Shown piece by piece: positions 51,352 through 62,300 of a stretch of 64,000 nt of DNA. The notes beneath the pieces were generated by a model. That model was not told the origin of the DNA. It saw nothing but the letters and a program-made list of their open reading frames with translations, and made no database searches. The stretch spans positions 64,001-128,000 of IMG/VR virus record IMGVR_UViG_3300035510_000286. One strand, given 5' to 3'. The position numbers and the translations under genes are program-made. Origin of the DNA: a virus. Lineage: Duplodnaviria; Caudoviricetes. Every line of letters starts with the position of its first letter. The first letter of the stretch is position 1.

Positions 51352-52116
51352 ATGAAACGCTTTATTACAGTATTTTTATGTTTGGTGATTGCGGCCGGAG
51401 CTTGTGTGAGCGCAGGAGCTGCCTATGGTATTGAATATAATGGAACTACTTATACTTATAGTGACATTAATAATCTCGCTTCTATGGCATATACGCAAGG
51501 CCAGAAAATGGAAGCGGCACACGCTATGGCAGAGGCCGCCCGCAAGTTAGGCTATGATGAATCTCATTCTACTATTGTTTTAGCGAAACAAGAATATAAT
51601 GACGCTAAGGCTTTGAAGAAGGGATACCAAACAACTTATGATTCTTTAGTAGCTGATTATAATAGCCGTTGGTCTTTAAAGGAATCTCAATATCCTTCTG
51701 CTACTTATGTTTGGAGATATTTAACTGAGACTCTGGGATATAATAACTACGTCGCCGCAGGAATTATGGGTAATATGATGGGCGAGTGTGGTGGAGGCAC
51801 TTTAAATCTCAAGTATTGGGTTACTAGTAGCAGTGGTAGCTATTATGGTCTTTGCCAGTGGTCGAGAGGTTACTCTGGAGTTTGGGGCGCTTCATTAGAA
51901 GGGCAGTGCGCTTTTTTAGCTAATACAATTTCTTACGAGCTAAATACTTATGGTAGAGCTTATGCAAGCGGTTTTAATTATTCTAAATTCTTGAATTTAA
52001 CTAATGAACAGCAAGCAGCTAAAGCCTTCTTTAAGTGTTATGAGCGAGGAGCAGCTAGTACTTGCTCAGCTCGTATGAAGTATGCAACAATAGCTTATAA
52101 TTATTTTGCAGCTTAA
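51352..52116 (+). CDS. signal-peptide-bearing phage tail lysozyme-like protein
   Basis: Signal peptide; AAGIMGNMMGEC, YGLCQW, AKAFFKCYER. Confidence 0.75.
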   Translation: MKRFITVFLCLVIAAGACVSAGAAYGIEYNGTTYTYSDINNLASMAYTQGQKMEAAHAMAEAARKLGYDESHSTIVLAKQEYNDAKALKKGYQTTYDSLVADYNSRWSLKESQYPSATYVWRYLTETLGYNNYVAAGIMGNMMGECGGGTLNLKYWVTSSSGSYYGLCQWSRGYSGVWGASLEGQCAFLANTISYELNTYGRAYASGFNYSKFLNLTNEQQAAKAFFKCYERGAASTCSARMKYATIAYNYFAA

Positions 52117-52120
52117 TATT

Positions 52121-52153
52121 AAGGGACTAGGAAACTAGTCCCTTTTATTTTTT
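52121..52153 (+). terminator. intrinsic terminator
   Basis: AAGGGACTAG-GAAA-CTAGTCCCTT followed by T-tract. Confidence 0.85.
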
Positions 52154-52301
52154 ATCTAGGGTAACAGGTATATCGGGGCGCATACAGTAGTTAAATCCAT
52201 AAACCTCAGATTAAAAATGGCTTAGGGAAATTTTTACCCAAAATTGTAATAAATTACTTTATATGATATAATATTTATATGAAATAAAGGAGATTTTAAT
52301 T

Positions 52302-52508
52302 ATGGATTTTAGAGAAGTAGAAAATAAGATTAAAGGTTATGGGTTTGACAGCTTATGCTTGAGATACAGAATCGCACGAGAAGCACAAGCTAGATATGAA
52401 GCCCATAATCTATATAATGGAGATATGGAGGCTTCTATGCGTGTAGCTCGCCAAGATATGTTAAAATTTTTCCAGATTCTTGATGATTTAGTTGGGGAGC
52501 ATGACTAA
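52302..52508 (+). CDS. hypothetical protein
   Basis: 68 aa ORF with RBS. Confidence 0.6.
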   Translation: MDFREVENKIKGYGFDSLCLRYRIAREAQARYEAHNLYNGDMEASMRVARQDMLKFFQILDDLVGEHD

Positions 52509-52718
52509 ATGAAAAGTAGAAAAAGAAAAGCAACAGCAGACGATTATGCAATGTTTACGTATGAATGGATCAACCATATAGCTGGAGAAGAGGGCTATAA
52601 AGCTTATTGCTCACTTTTAGAGGGAAAAATTAATTATGAACAATTTGATGAATATTTAAATATGGCAATAGATAGAAAAGAAAGGAGGGAGAAACTAAAC
52701 CATGGTTCTAGTCACTAA
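52509..52718 (+). CDS. hypothetical protein
   Basis: 69 aa ORF with RBS. Confidence 0.6.
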   Translation: MKSRKRKATADDYAMFTYEWINHIAGEEGYKAYCSLLEGKINYEQFDEYLNMAIDRKERREKLNHGSSH

Positions 52719-53913
52719 ACAAGAAGAAGGTTTAAAGATCGCTGTAGCCAGATATAGAGCAGGAGAAAGATATACTTGCATATCTGGTTACGCCTGAACT
52801 GGAACGGGGAAGTCAACCTTGGTTAAATTCATTATCGCAGCATTGAATTTAGACCCGGAAAGCGTGGCTTATATTTCTTTCACTGGTAAAGCTGCTCAAG
52901 TTCTAAGACAAAAAGGTAATCCTAATGCCACAACCGCACATAAGCTACTTTATTTTTCTAAGAGAATGAAAGATGGTAGATATGCTTTTATCCCTCGAAA
53001 GTCTATAGATAATTATAAACTTATTGTCGTAGACGAGGTTTCTATGCTACCTAAAAAAATGTGGGATTTACTTCTATCGCATCATAAATACGTAATAGCT
53101 CTAGGGGATCCTGAGCAACTTCCTCCTATAGATAAGACACAAGATAATCATGTTCTTGATACGCCTCATGTTTTTTTGGATGAAGTGATGCGACAAGCAA
53201 AAGGAAGTGAAATTGTGCGGTTGTCCATGTGGATAAGAGAAAATAAGCCAGTTAGTATGTTTCCTTTTGCAGGAGAAGAAGTACAGTATTTTAAAGCAAA
53301 AGACTTAAGTATGGGTATGTTACTTTGGGCCGACCAGATTTTATGTGCTACTAATAAAACCAGAAATCTACTTAATAGTACTGTGCGGGAGGCGCTAGGT
53401 TATGGGCCTCTACCCGACGAGAAAGATAAACTTATATGTCTACATAACCATTGGGACTATGAATCTGCGTCTGGCGAATGGGCACTTACTAATGGAGTTA
53501 TCGGTAGGATAGAGAACTATAATATAGTTACAGAGCGGTCTCCAACTTTTAGAAATCTTGATTCTAAGAATGTAGATATTATGTATACTGATATTTTATT
53601 AGAAGATGGAGATAGATTTGTTAATTGTCCTATTGATTATAATTGTTTGCTTACTGGACAACCAGCTTTTACTCCTAAAGAATTATATATTCTAAATAAG
53701 AACAAGCCTAAAGACGAAGATATGCCTTGTTTTACTCCTCCTTATGAGTTCGCTTATGGGTATTCAATGACGACTTGGAAGGCGCAGGGGTCCCAGTGGA
53801 ATAAGGTTACCGTACTAGAAGAAGGATTTCCTTATGATAAAGATGAGCATCGTCGCTGGTTGTATACTAGTTGTACGCGTGCAAGTAAGCGTCTTACCTT
53901 GATTGGTCAGTGA
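52702..53913 (+). CDS. RecD/Dda-like SF1B helicase with an in-frame TGA (52795) in the Walker A region
   Basis: GGAGG RBS at 52702; ISGYA*TGTGKST; FTGKAA, VDEVSM, GDPEQLPP, KAQGSQW, YTSCTRA. Confidence 0.8.
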
Positions 53914-53967
53914 TTTGAACTTCATAGAAAAATATGATATTATATCTATAGAAAGGATGTGAAAGGT

Positions 53968-56900
53968 ATGGATTACCCTGGCAGTTTGCATAATCATACT
54001 GGATATAGTAATCTTCGACTTAGAGATTCTATCATTATGCCAGAAGAATTAATTGATTATGCTATCGAGTTAGGACATGAAGTAGTCGCTATTACTGAGC
54101 ATGAATGTATTAGTAACGCAGTAAAAGTAGAAAAATATTATGAAAAAATTAAGAAAACACATCCTGATTTTAAAGTAATTCTTGGAAATGAAATCTATCT
54201 ATGCCGAAACGGATTAAAAGCTCAAAATTTTGATAAAACCTCTGACAAATACTGGCATTTTATTCTTTTGGCAAAAGACGCTATCGGTCATCAGCAGATT
54301 AGAGAAATTTCAACGAGAGCTTGGATGCGTTCTTACATGACAGGCCGCACAAGACGAGTTCCTACATATTATAGCGACTTAGAAGAAATCATTGGCCAGA
54401 ATAAAGGACATATTATCGGGAGTACTGCCTGCTTAGGTGGAGTTCTACCTACCCAAATCCTAAAGTGGAAAGAACTTCCTACCGATGAGCTGTATTCCAA
54501 AATCTGCCATTGGTGTCAAAATATGGAAATGCTCTTCGGAAAAGGAAATTTCTTTCTTGAACTTCAACCTTCTGCTTCCGAAGAACAAACGTTTGTAAAT
54601 CGAGAATTGATTACTCTATCTGAAAAGTTAGATATTCCTTATATCATAACAACAGATAGTCATTATCTCAAGAACGAAGATAGATACGTCCATAAAGCTT
54701 ACTTAAATTCTGAGGATGGTGAGCGAGAAGTTGATGCTTTTTATGCTACGACTTATATGATGGATACAGAAGAATTAGAGTCTCGCCTCGCTTTAACAAA
54801 AGAAGAGTTAGAAAAAGCTTACTCAAATATCCGCAAGATTAAAGATATTTGTGAAGATTATAGTTTGCGGAAACCGCTTAAAATTCCTGAGCTGGCTTGG
54901 AAGATACCAGAATACGTGTCAACCGCAGATAAGGATTTCTATATTAAGAAAATTCCTTATTTATTTGAATTCATTGCTTCTGATTATGAAGGCGATAAAA
55001 TACTCGCAAATGTTATTATTCAAGCAATTAAAAAGGAAATTACTTATCAAAATCAAGAAACTTATGACGCTGTAAATGAATGTTTGCAGATGACATGGGA
55101 TTCTTCTATTGTTAATAAAACGCATTGGAGCGCATATTATCTAAATCTGCAAAAGATTATTGATACTGTGTGGGAAGCTGGAAGTCTAGTTGGACCAGGC
55201 AGAGGCTCGGGTGTTGGCTTTATCCTACTGAATATGATGGGGATCACCCAGATAAACCCATTGCGCGAAACCACTAAAACTTTCGCTTGGAGATTAACCT
55301 ATAGGTTTAAAGGTCTCCTAAGTATGGTGACATACTTATAAAAAACCTCGTGAACGCATGAAAAAGCGGTGTGAAATTATGCTAAATAATTTTGCTAACG
55401 GTGGACAGTTTTAATTAAACTCAATACCGTGCTTTTTACTTTCTATTGAGTAGTCAAAGGAAAGTAAGGAGTGTATCGACTATTCCTGATGAGTGTAAGG
55501 AAGTAGGGTAGATTTTATCACTATCCGAAGCGCGAGGACTCTCCTTTATTTTCCTTAATATAAGGAGGAAGATAAAATGGGATATATTTATAAAATTACA
55601 AATTTAATTAATCAAAAAGTCTATATAGGTTAGACCGTTAAAACGGTAGAAAAAAGATTTTAGCAGCATAAAAGTAATAGTAATAAAGAATATTTTTCTC
55701 AAATAGTTTTATATAAAGCATTTAACAAATATGGAATTAATAATTTTAAATGCGAAAAAGTTGAAGAAGTTGATAATCAATATTTAGATGAAAGAGAAAA
55801 ATATTGGATAGAATATTATGATAGTTATTTTAATGGTTATAATAGCACTTTAGGCGGACGAACAGTTCAATTATATAATTGGGATATAGATGATATTATT
55901 GAAAAATATATGAAATTAAAATCTGCTAGAAAAGTGGCTTTAGAGATTGGATGCGACCATTCTTCGATTGACAGAATCTTAAATGAAAATGGAATTAAAC
56001 GTTTTACTCCAGGATAGCAACAATCTAAACCATTATTTTTAATTGATAAAAATAATAATACCTATGAATTTGAAACCACAAGAGAAGCTGCTGAATGGTT
56101 AATTAAAAACAAATATACTAAAATGACCAATCTAAATTCTGTAAGGCAAGAAATATGCGACAGAATTAGGAAAGGTAAAAAGTATTTAGGATTTTAGGTG
56201 TTTTATAAAGGAGAGTAAGATATAGTCAGCTCCACTGGCGACAGTGGAATAAGTGTTTTAAATCCTAGCCGAGTTTCTGTGTTGGATGTAGATATAGATG
56301 TCGAGGGATCTCGTCGTCAAGATATTTTAAATAAGCTTAGAGAAGTTTATGGTGAAAATAGAGTAGCTAATGTTATTACTTTCGGTACAGAAAAGCCTAA
56401 AGCGGCTATCCTGACGGCCGCACGAGGCTTGGGTATAGACGTTGAGGATGCCCAATATATTTCTTCTCTTGTTCCAGAAGATAGAGGAATATCCAGAACT
56501 CTTCATCAATGTTATTATGGAGATAAAGATAACGATTATGCTCCAGTAAAGCCTTTTGTAGATGAAATGAACGCAAGACCAGAGCTTTGGAAAATTGCAA
56601 GAAGTATAGAAGGTTTACCTTGTAGAATGGGAGTTCATGCCGGCGGGGTTATTTTCGTCGATGAACCATTTACGAATACAACTTCTTTAATGCGCGCTCC
56701 TGATGGAACTATAGTTACAGCTTTTGACCTGCACGATAGTGAGGAGTGTAGTCTTATTAAATATGATTTGTTGAGCGTTGAAGCTGAAGATAAAATCCAT
56801 ATTTGTCTTGACCTATTATGCGATGCTGGAATAATTGAACGTAAAGCCACTCTTAAAGAAACTTATGAATCCACTGTTGGTATTTACAATCTTGAAAGAG

Positions 56901-58777
56901 ATGACCCTGAAATGTGGAAAATGGTATGGAATCATCAAGTTATTTCGCTATTTCAGATGGAGAAACAAAGTGGTATTCAGGGTATTGCTCTTACTAAGCC
57001 TAAAAGCGTTGAGGATTTAGCTCACCTTAATTCTGTAATTCGTCTTATGGCTCAAGAAAAAGGTGGAGAACAACCTCTTCATAAATTTGCAAGGTTTAAG
57101 AATGATATTACTCAATGGTATGAGGAAATGGATGAATATGGTTTAACCAGACAAGAGCAAGATTTGCTAAAGCCATATCTTTTAAGCTCGTATGGGATTG
57201 CAGAATCCCAAGAATCATTCATGCAGCTAGTTCAGATTCCCGAATGTGGTGGATTTGACTTAAACTGGAGTGATCGTCTCCGCAAGAGTATTGCAAAGAA
57301 AAATCCAGCCGAGTTTGAAAAGCTGGAAGAAGAATATTTTGAACAAGTTAAAGAGAAGAATTTAAGTAAGAATCTCTGCAACTATGTTTGGAAGGTTTTA
57401 GTCTCCACTAGCCGAGGTTATGGGTTCAACTTATCTCACACACTCGCTTATTCACTCGTGGCTCTCCAAGAAATGAATTTAGCTTATAAATATCCTACAA
57501 TCTATTGGAATTGCGCTTGCTTAATTAATGATAGTGGTTCAGTAGGAGAAGATAGTTCTAGTAATTATGATAAAATGGCTAGTGCTATTGGCAAGATGAA
57601 AGAAGCAGGAGTCCAAGTTAGTTTACCTGATATCAATAATTCTAGTTTTGGCTTTGTTCCTAATGCCGAAGAAAATAAAATTTACTTTGGGTTAAAGGGA
57701 ATAGCAAATGTAAATGATGGGTTAGCTAATCAAATTATCGAAAATCGACCTTATAATTCTATGTTGGATTTCTATTATAGAGTTAATCCTAATCGTAAAG
57801 TTATGGTTGAATTGATTAAAGGCGGAGTTTTTGATAGCCTAGGACCTCGTTACCGCACAATGGTAGAATATATCTGGGAAACTTGTGATAAGAAAAAACG
57901 TATCACGATGCAGAATTATTCTAGTCTGCGGAAATACGATCTGATTCCGCAGGATAGCGAGGAATTTGTGATTTCGTCTCGGGTGTATGAATTTAATAGA
58001 TACTTAAAAGATACTTGCAAAGTTGGAGAATATTATCAGCTTGACGAAAGAGCGGTTAATTTCTTAGTATCCACTAATATTTTAGATGGCATCCCCGTGG
58101 GTTATTTAATGCCGGTTAAAGATTGGAATAAAACCTACCAAAAATATATGGATGTTTTTAGAAATTGGATGGCGGAAAATCAAGAAGAAATTTTGGATGC
58201 TCTGAATACTTCCATATTTTTACAGGATTGGGAAAAATATGCAACCGGCAATTTGTCCGCATGGGAAATGGAAGCTGTGTGTTTCTACGCGCATGAGCAC
58301 GAGCTCGCGCACGTTAATAAATTTAAATATGGTTTGTCTGATTTTTATTCTTTACCAGAAGAGCCTGTGGTTAAAGATGTGATTAAACGAGGAGATTTTA
58401 CAATTCCTATCTATAAGTTAAATTGCATCTGCGGGACTTGTATTGCAAAGAATAAAGCAAAAGGAACTGTGACTCTACTGACTACTGATGGCGTTGTACC
58501 TGTCAAATTCCGCAAAGAATATTTTGCTTTATTTGATAAACGTATTTCTCAACGTAGAGAAGATGGAACTAAAAAGATAGTTGAATCTAGTTGGTTCAAG
58601 CGCGGTGAGAAGATTCTGGTTAGTGGAATCAGAAGAGGAAATGAATTTGTCGCTAAGAAGTATGCTTCCGGTGGATTAGAGCATCAGCTTTATCACATTG
58701 ATTCTATTGATGCAGAAGGTAACTTAGAACTTAGAAGTGAAAGGTATAAAGGGGAGGAAGAACAAGATGATGATTAA
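53968..58777 (+). CDS. dnaE: DNA polymerase III alpha subunit, join(53968..55294,56256..58777)
   Basis: PHP HNHT...ITEH; GRGSG; splicing gives WRF-LNPSRVSVLDVDID; HAGG; KYDLL; 1283 codons. Confidence 0.93.
55295..56255 (+). mobile_element. group I intron in dnaE with a GIY-YIG ORF
   Basis: P1 GGAGAU/GUCUCC; GCTAACGGTG, AATACCGTGC, GTATCGACTA, AAGATATAGTC; terminal G. Confidence 0.9.
55577..56218 (+). CDS. intron-encoded GIY-YIG endonuclease with several TAG codons (absent from ORF track)
   Basis: MGYIYKITN...VYIG(TAG)TVK; LDEREKYWI; GYNSTLGG. Confidence 0.85.
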
Positions 58778-59330
58778 AGTAATTGCGATTTGCGGGAAAG
58801 CAGGTTCTGGGAAGGATGCAATCTTGAATGAACTCGCTAAGCTGTCTAATAGCTTTCATAAGATTATTAGCTATACTACTCGACCTATCCGGGAAGGAGA
58901 GAAAGAAGGCGAGAATTATTTTTATCTAACTAACGAGCAATTTCAAACTGCCATTTCTTCTGGTGAAATGCTAGAATGGACTAGATTTAATAACTGGAAC
59001 TATGGTACTAGCATTGAAGAACTCGACGAAGATAAAATCAACATTGGAGTTTTTAATCCTTATGGAATCTATAATCTAAGTAAAAATCCTAATGTCAAGC
59101 TTAGTATCTATAAAATTAACTGCTCTGATAAGACTAGACTTCTTAGACAGCTTAATAGAGAAAATAATCCTGATGTGAAGGAGATTATTCGCAGGTTTTC
59201 CGCAGATGAAGAAGATTTCCTCTTTCTGTCTAATTCTGATGTATCCGGTATTATTCCCATTGAAAATGAAGGAGTTACACCTCTTGCTTCCGCACTGAAA
59301 ATTGCTGAGCAGGCAAATGTAATTAAGTGA
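58767..59330 (+). CDS. gmk: guanylate kinase-like protein
   Basis: GKAGSGKD, SYTTRPIREGE.EG..YFY, NYGT. Confidence 0.88.
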   Translation: MMIKVIAICGKAGSGKDAILNELAKLSNSFHKIISYTTRPIREGEKEGENYFYLTNEQFQTAISSGEMLEWTRFNNWNYGTSIEELDEDKINIGVFNPYGIYNLSKNPNVKLSIYKINCSDKTRLLRQLNRENNPDVKEIIRRFSADEEDFLFLSNSDVSGIIPIENEGVTPLASALKIAEQANVIK

Positions 59331-59385
59331 CTTATATGATTTTTTAAAGTATAATATAACTTATAGAAAGCAAAGGTGATTAACT

Positions 59386-62300
59386 ATGTATATTGTGAAA
59401 CGTAGCGGTGAAACCGTTGAGTTTGATAAAAATAAGATTATCAATGCTATTAACAAAGCATTTGTAGAAGTTGATGGCACTTTATATGAAGATGAAACAG
59501 CACAAGAAATCGCTAATGATATTGAGAAAGAAATCAACAAGTCTCCTGCTAATGTAACTGTTGAAATGATTCAAGACTGGGTCGAAGATGAATTAATGCA
59601 GTCTGAACGCAGAGACGTAGCTAGAGCTTATATTAGATTTAGATATAAGAAGGAAGTAGCTAGGGATGTAAAAGCGGATTTCTTTGATGCTATTGGCGAA
59701 AAGCTTTCTGCTTCTAATATCCAAAACCAAAATGCGAACGTAGATGAAGCTTCTTTCGGAGGCCGTATCGGTGAAGCTTCTAGCGTTATGACTAAACAAT
59801 ATGCTTTAGATTATATTGTATCTAATATGGCAAAGCAGAATCATTTGAACAATGAAATTTATATTCATGATTTAGATAGCTACGCAGTCGGGATGCACAA
59901 CTGCTGTGCACGAGAGACAAAATTCATCACTAAAGATTTCGGAGTTCATTCTTTTTCTGACCATGAAGATGGTGATAAAATAGTAGTGTTAAGCCATGAT
60001 GGTAGCTTTAATAACGCTACAGTTAAAAAATTTGGAGTTCAAAAGTTGAACAAGGTTACTTTTTCTCTTGCTGGACAAAGATTTGTTACAGAGCGTTTTA
60101 CAGCAAACCATAGATGGATATTAGAAAATGGGGCAGAAACAACTCATTTAAAAATAGGAGATAAACTTTATAAGGCGCCGATTAGTATTAGAAGGTTTGA
60201 CTGGGATATGGCGACAGAAAAAGAACAATATTATTGGTGTTTAGGATTTGTCCTTGGTGATGGTACAGAGGCTTGTAGATGGTCGCACGGAAAGAAGAAT
60301 GAAGATATTAAATTCGTTCGTATGAGACTTTGTGGCGAAAAAATTAAATACGAACAAAGGTTTATAGGGTTGAAACATTCTACGAAGGAAATGCCTAACG
60401 GCGACCTATATCTAACATTCAGTAGCACGATTGGATTTAGGAAAATCTTCCCCGACCTTAATCTTATGACAAGAAACGAAAAACTAGCTTTATTTGATGG
60501 ATTATATTGTGCAGATGGACAGCATACAGGGAGCAGTAAAACGATTACTACTACAAATGAACAAATAGCTAGCTTTATAGAAGATGAAGCCCCTGCGCTG
60601 GGGTATTTTATTCTTGGAATTAAAGACAAATCTGGAGAAAAGACAAATTATACCACAAGAGGTTTCACTAAACAATATACCTTTATTGGAGATACAAATA
60701 AATACTATTGGACGGTTGTAAATATTGAAGAAGATAAGGAAGAAGAGGTATGGTGTTTGCAAGTTGAAAATACTCATAGCTTCGTTCTCCCAAATGGCAT
60801 TACTACTGGAAACTGCTTAAGTGTACCTTTTGATGATTTACTGGCTAATGGCTTTGATACTAGACAGACTGATGTGCGGCCGGCCAATAGCGTTAATACA
60901 GCTTTTCAGCTTGTCGCGGTGATTTTCCAGCTTCAGAGCTTACAAGAATTTGGTGGAGTTAGCGCTACACATCTTGATTGGACGATGGTACCATACGTCC
61001 GTAAAAGTTTTTATAAACATTATATAGATGGATTAAAATACATTGATAGCTTTGAGGCCGAACTCAAATTGGCTATTTCTAGTGATGAAGCTAAAGATAT
61101 TAGTATCGAAGATACTAAGATTTATAAGCATAAAATGTCTTATAATTATGCTATGGATATGACAGTTAAAGAAGTTCATCAGGCAGTAGAAGGAATGTTC
61201 CATAACCTTAATACTTTGCAGAGTAGAAGCGGGAATCAACTCCCCTTTACTTCTATCAATTTTGGTACTTGTACTCTTCCTGAAGGCCGTATGATTATTA
61301 AATCTCTATTAGAAACCTCTATTGAAGGAGTAGGTAAACTACATAAAACACCTATCTTCCCTTGTTCTATCTTTCAGTGTATGAAAGGTGTCAATAGAGA
61401 ACCTGGAGATCCTAATTATGATTTGTTCCAACTGGCATTGAAGTCTACTTCTCAAAGGCTTTATCCTAATTATGCAAATGTCGATTGGAGCGGCAATGAA
61501 GGGTATGACCGAGATGACCCGCGGACTTATTTCTCGACCATGGGTAAGCGTAAACTACAGCTCATGTAAAATCTTTTGAACCTCGCTCGAGGGTGTCTAC
61601 TTATAAAGTAGGCTAACGGTTAGGACCTATGAATGTTAAATAGGCTGAGACCGTGGGAAGTTTAATATATTTGATTTAAATTTGGCTCTTTTATATAATA
61701 TAGCTATATTAAAGTAAAGGAGTAAATAAATATGTTTATCTATAAAATTACTAATAAATTAAATGGCAAAGTATATATTGGTTAGACAATAGGCAGCATA
61801 GAGGCTAGATGGCATCGTCATCAATAGGATGCTTTAAATGGTAGATTAGATACTCATTTTGCCAGAGCCATTAGAAAGTATGGGCCTGAAAATTTTGATG
61901 TTGAAGAATGGGATAATAAAAATACCTAGGAAGAATTGACATTAGCAGAGCAATATTGGATTAAGTATTTTAATAGTGTAAAAGAAGGATATAATGAGAC
62001 TGATGCAACATCAAAATGTGGTGGCAATACTTATAAGAGTAAGACCGAAGAAGAACTAAGGCAAATCGGGGAAAAAATTAGAGAAACGAAATTAGGGGGT
62101 AAAAATCCTAATTCAACTGCCGTTAAATGCAAAAATATAAAGACGGAAGAAGAGTATTATTTTAATTCTCAAGCCGAAATGCAAAAATTCTTTAATGAGA
62201 CTAATCATCTTTTTATATCTAGGCGTTGTCTTGGAGAAATCCAAAAACCTTATAAAGACGAATGGCTAATTGCCTATGCTGATAAAGAATACGGAGAAGT

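Noticed and set aside
30138-52245. Shared TAGGGAAATTTT and AAAATGGCTT strings after terminators at about 30140 and 52220
   Set aside because: Only two copies, in different order; not enough to call an element.
52795-52797. General TGA reassignment
   Set aside because: Many genes end in TGA, with ATGA overlaps (17566, 63648); only one internal TGA was seen.
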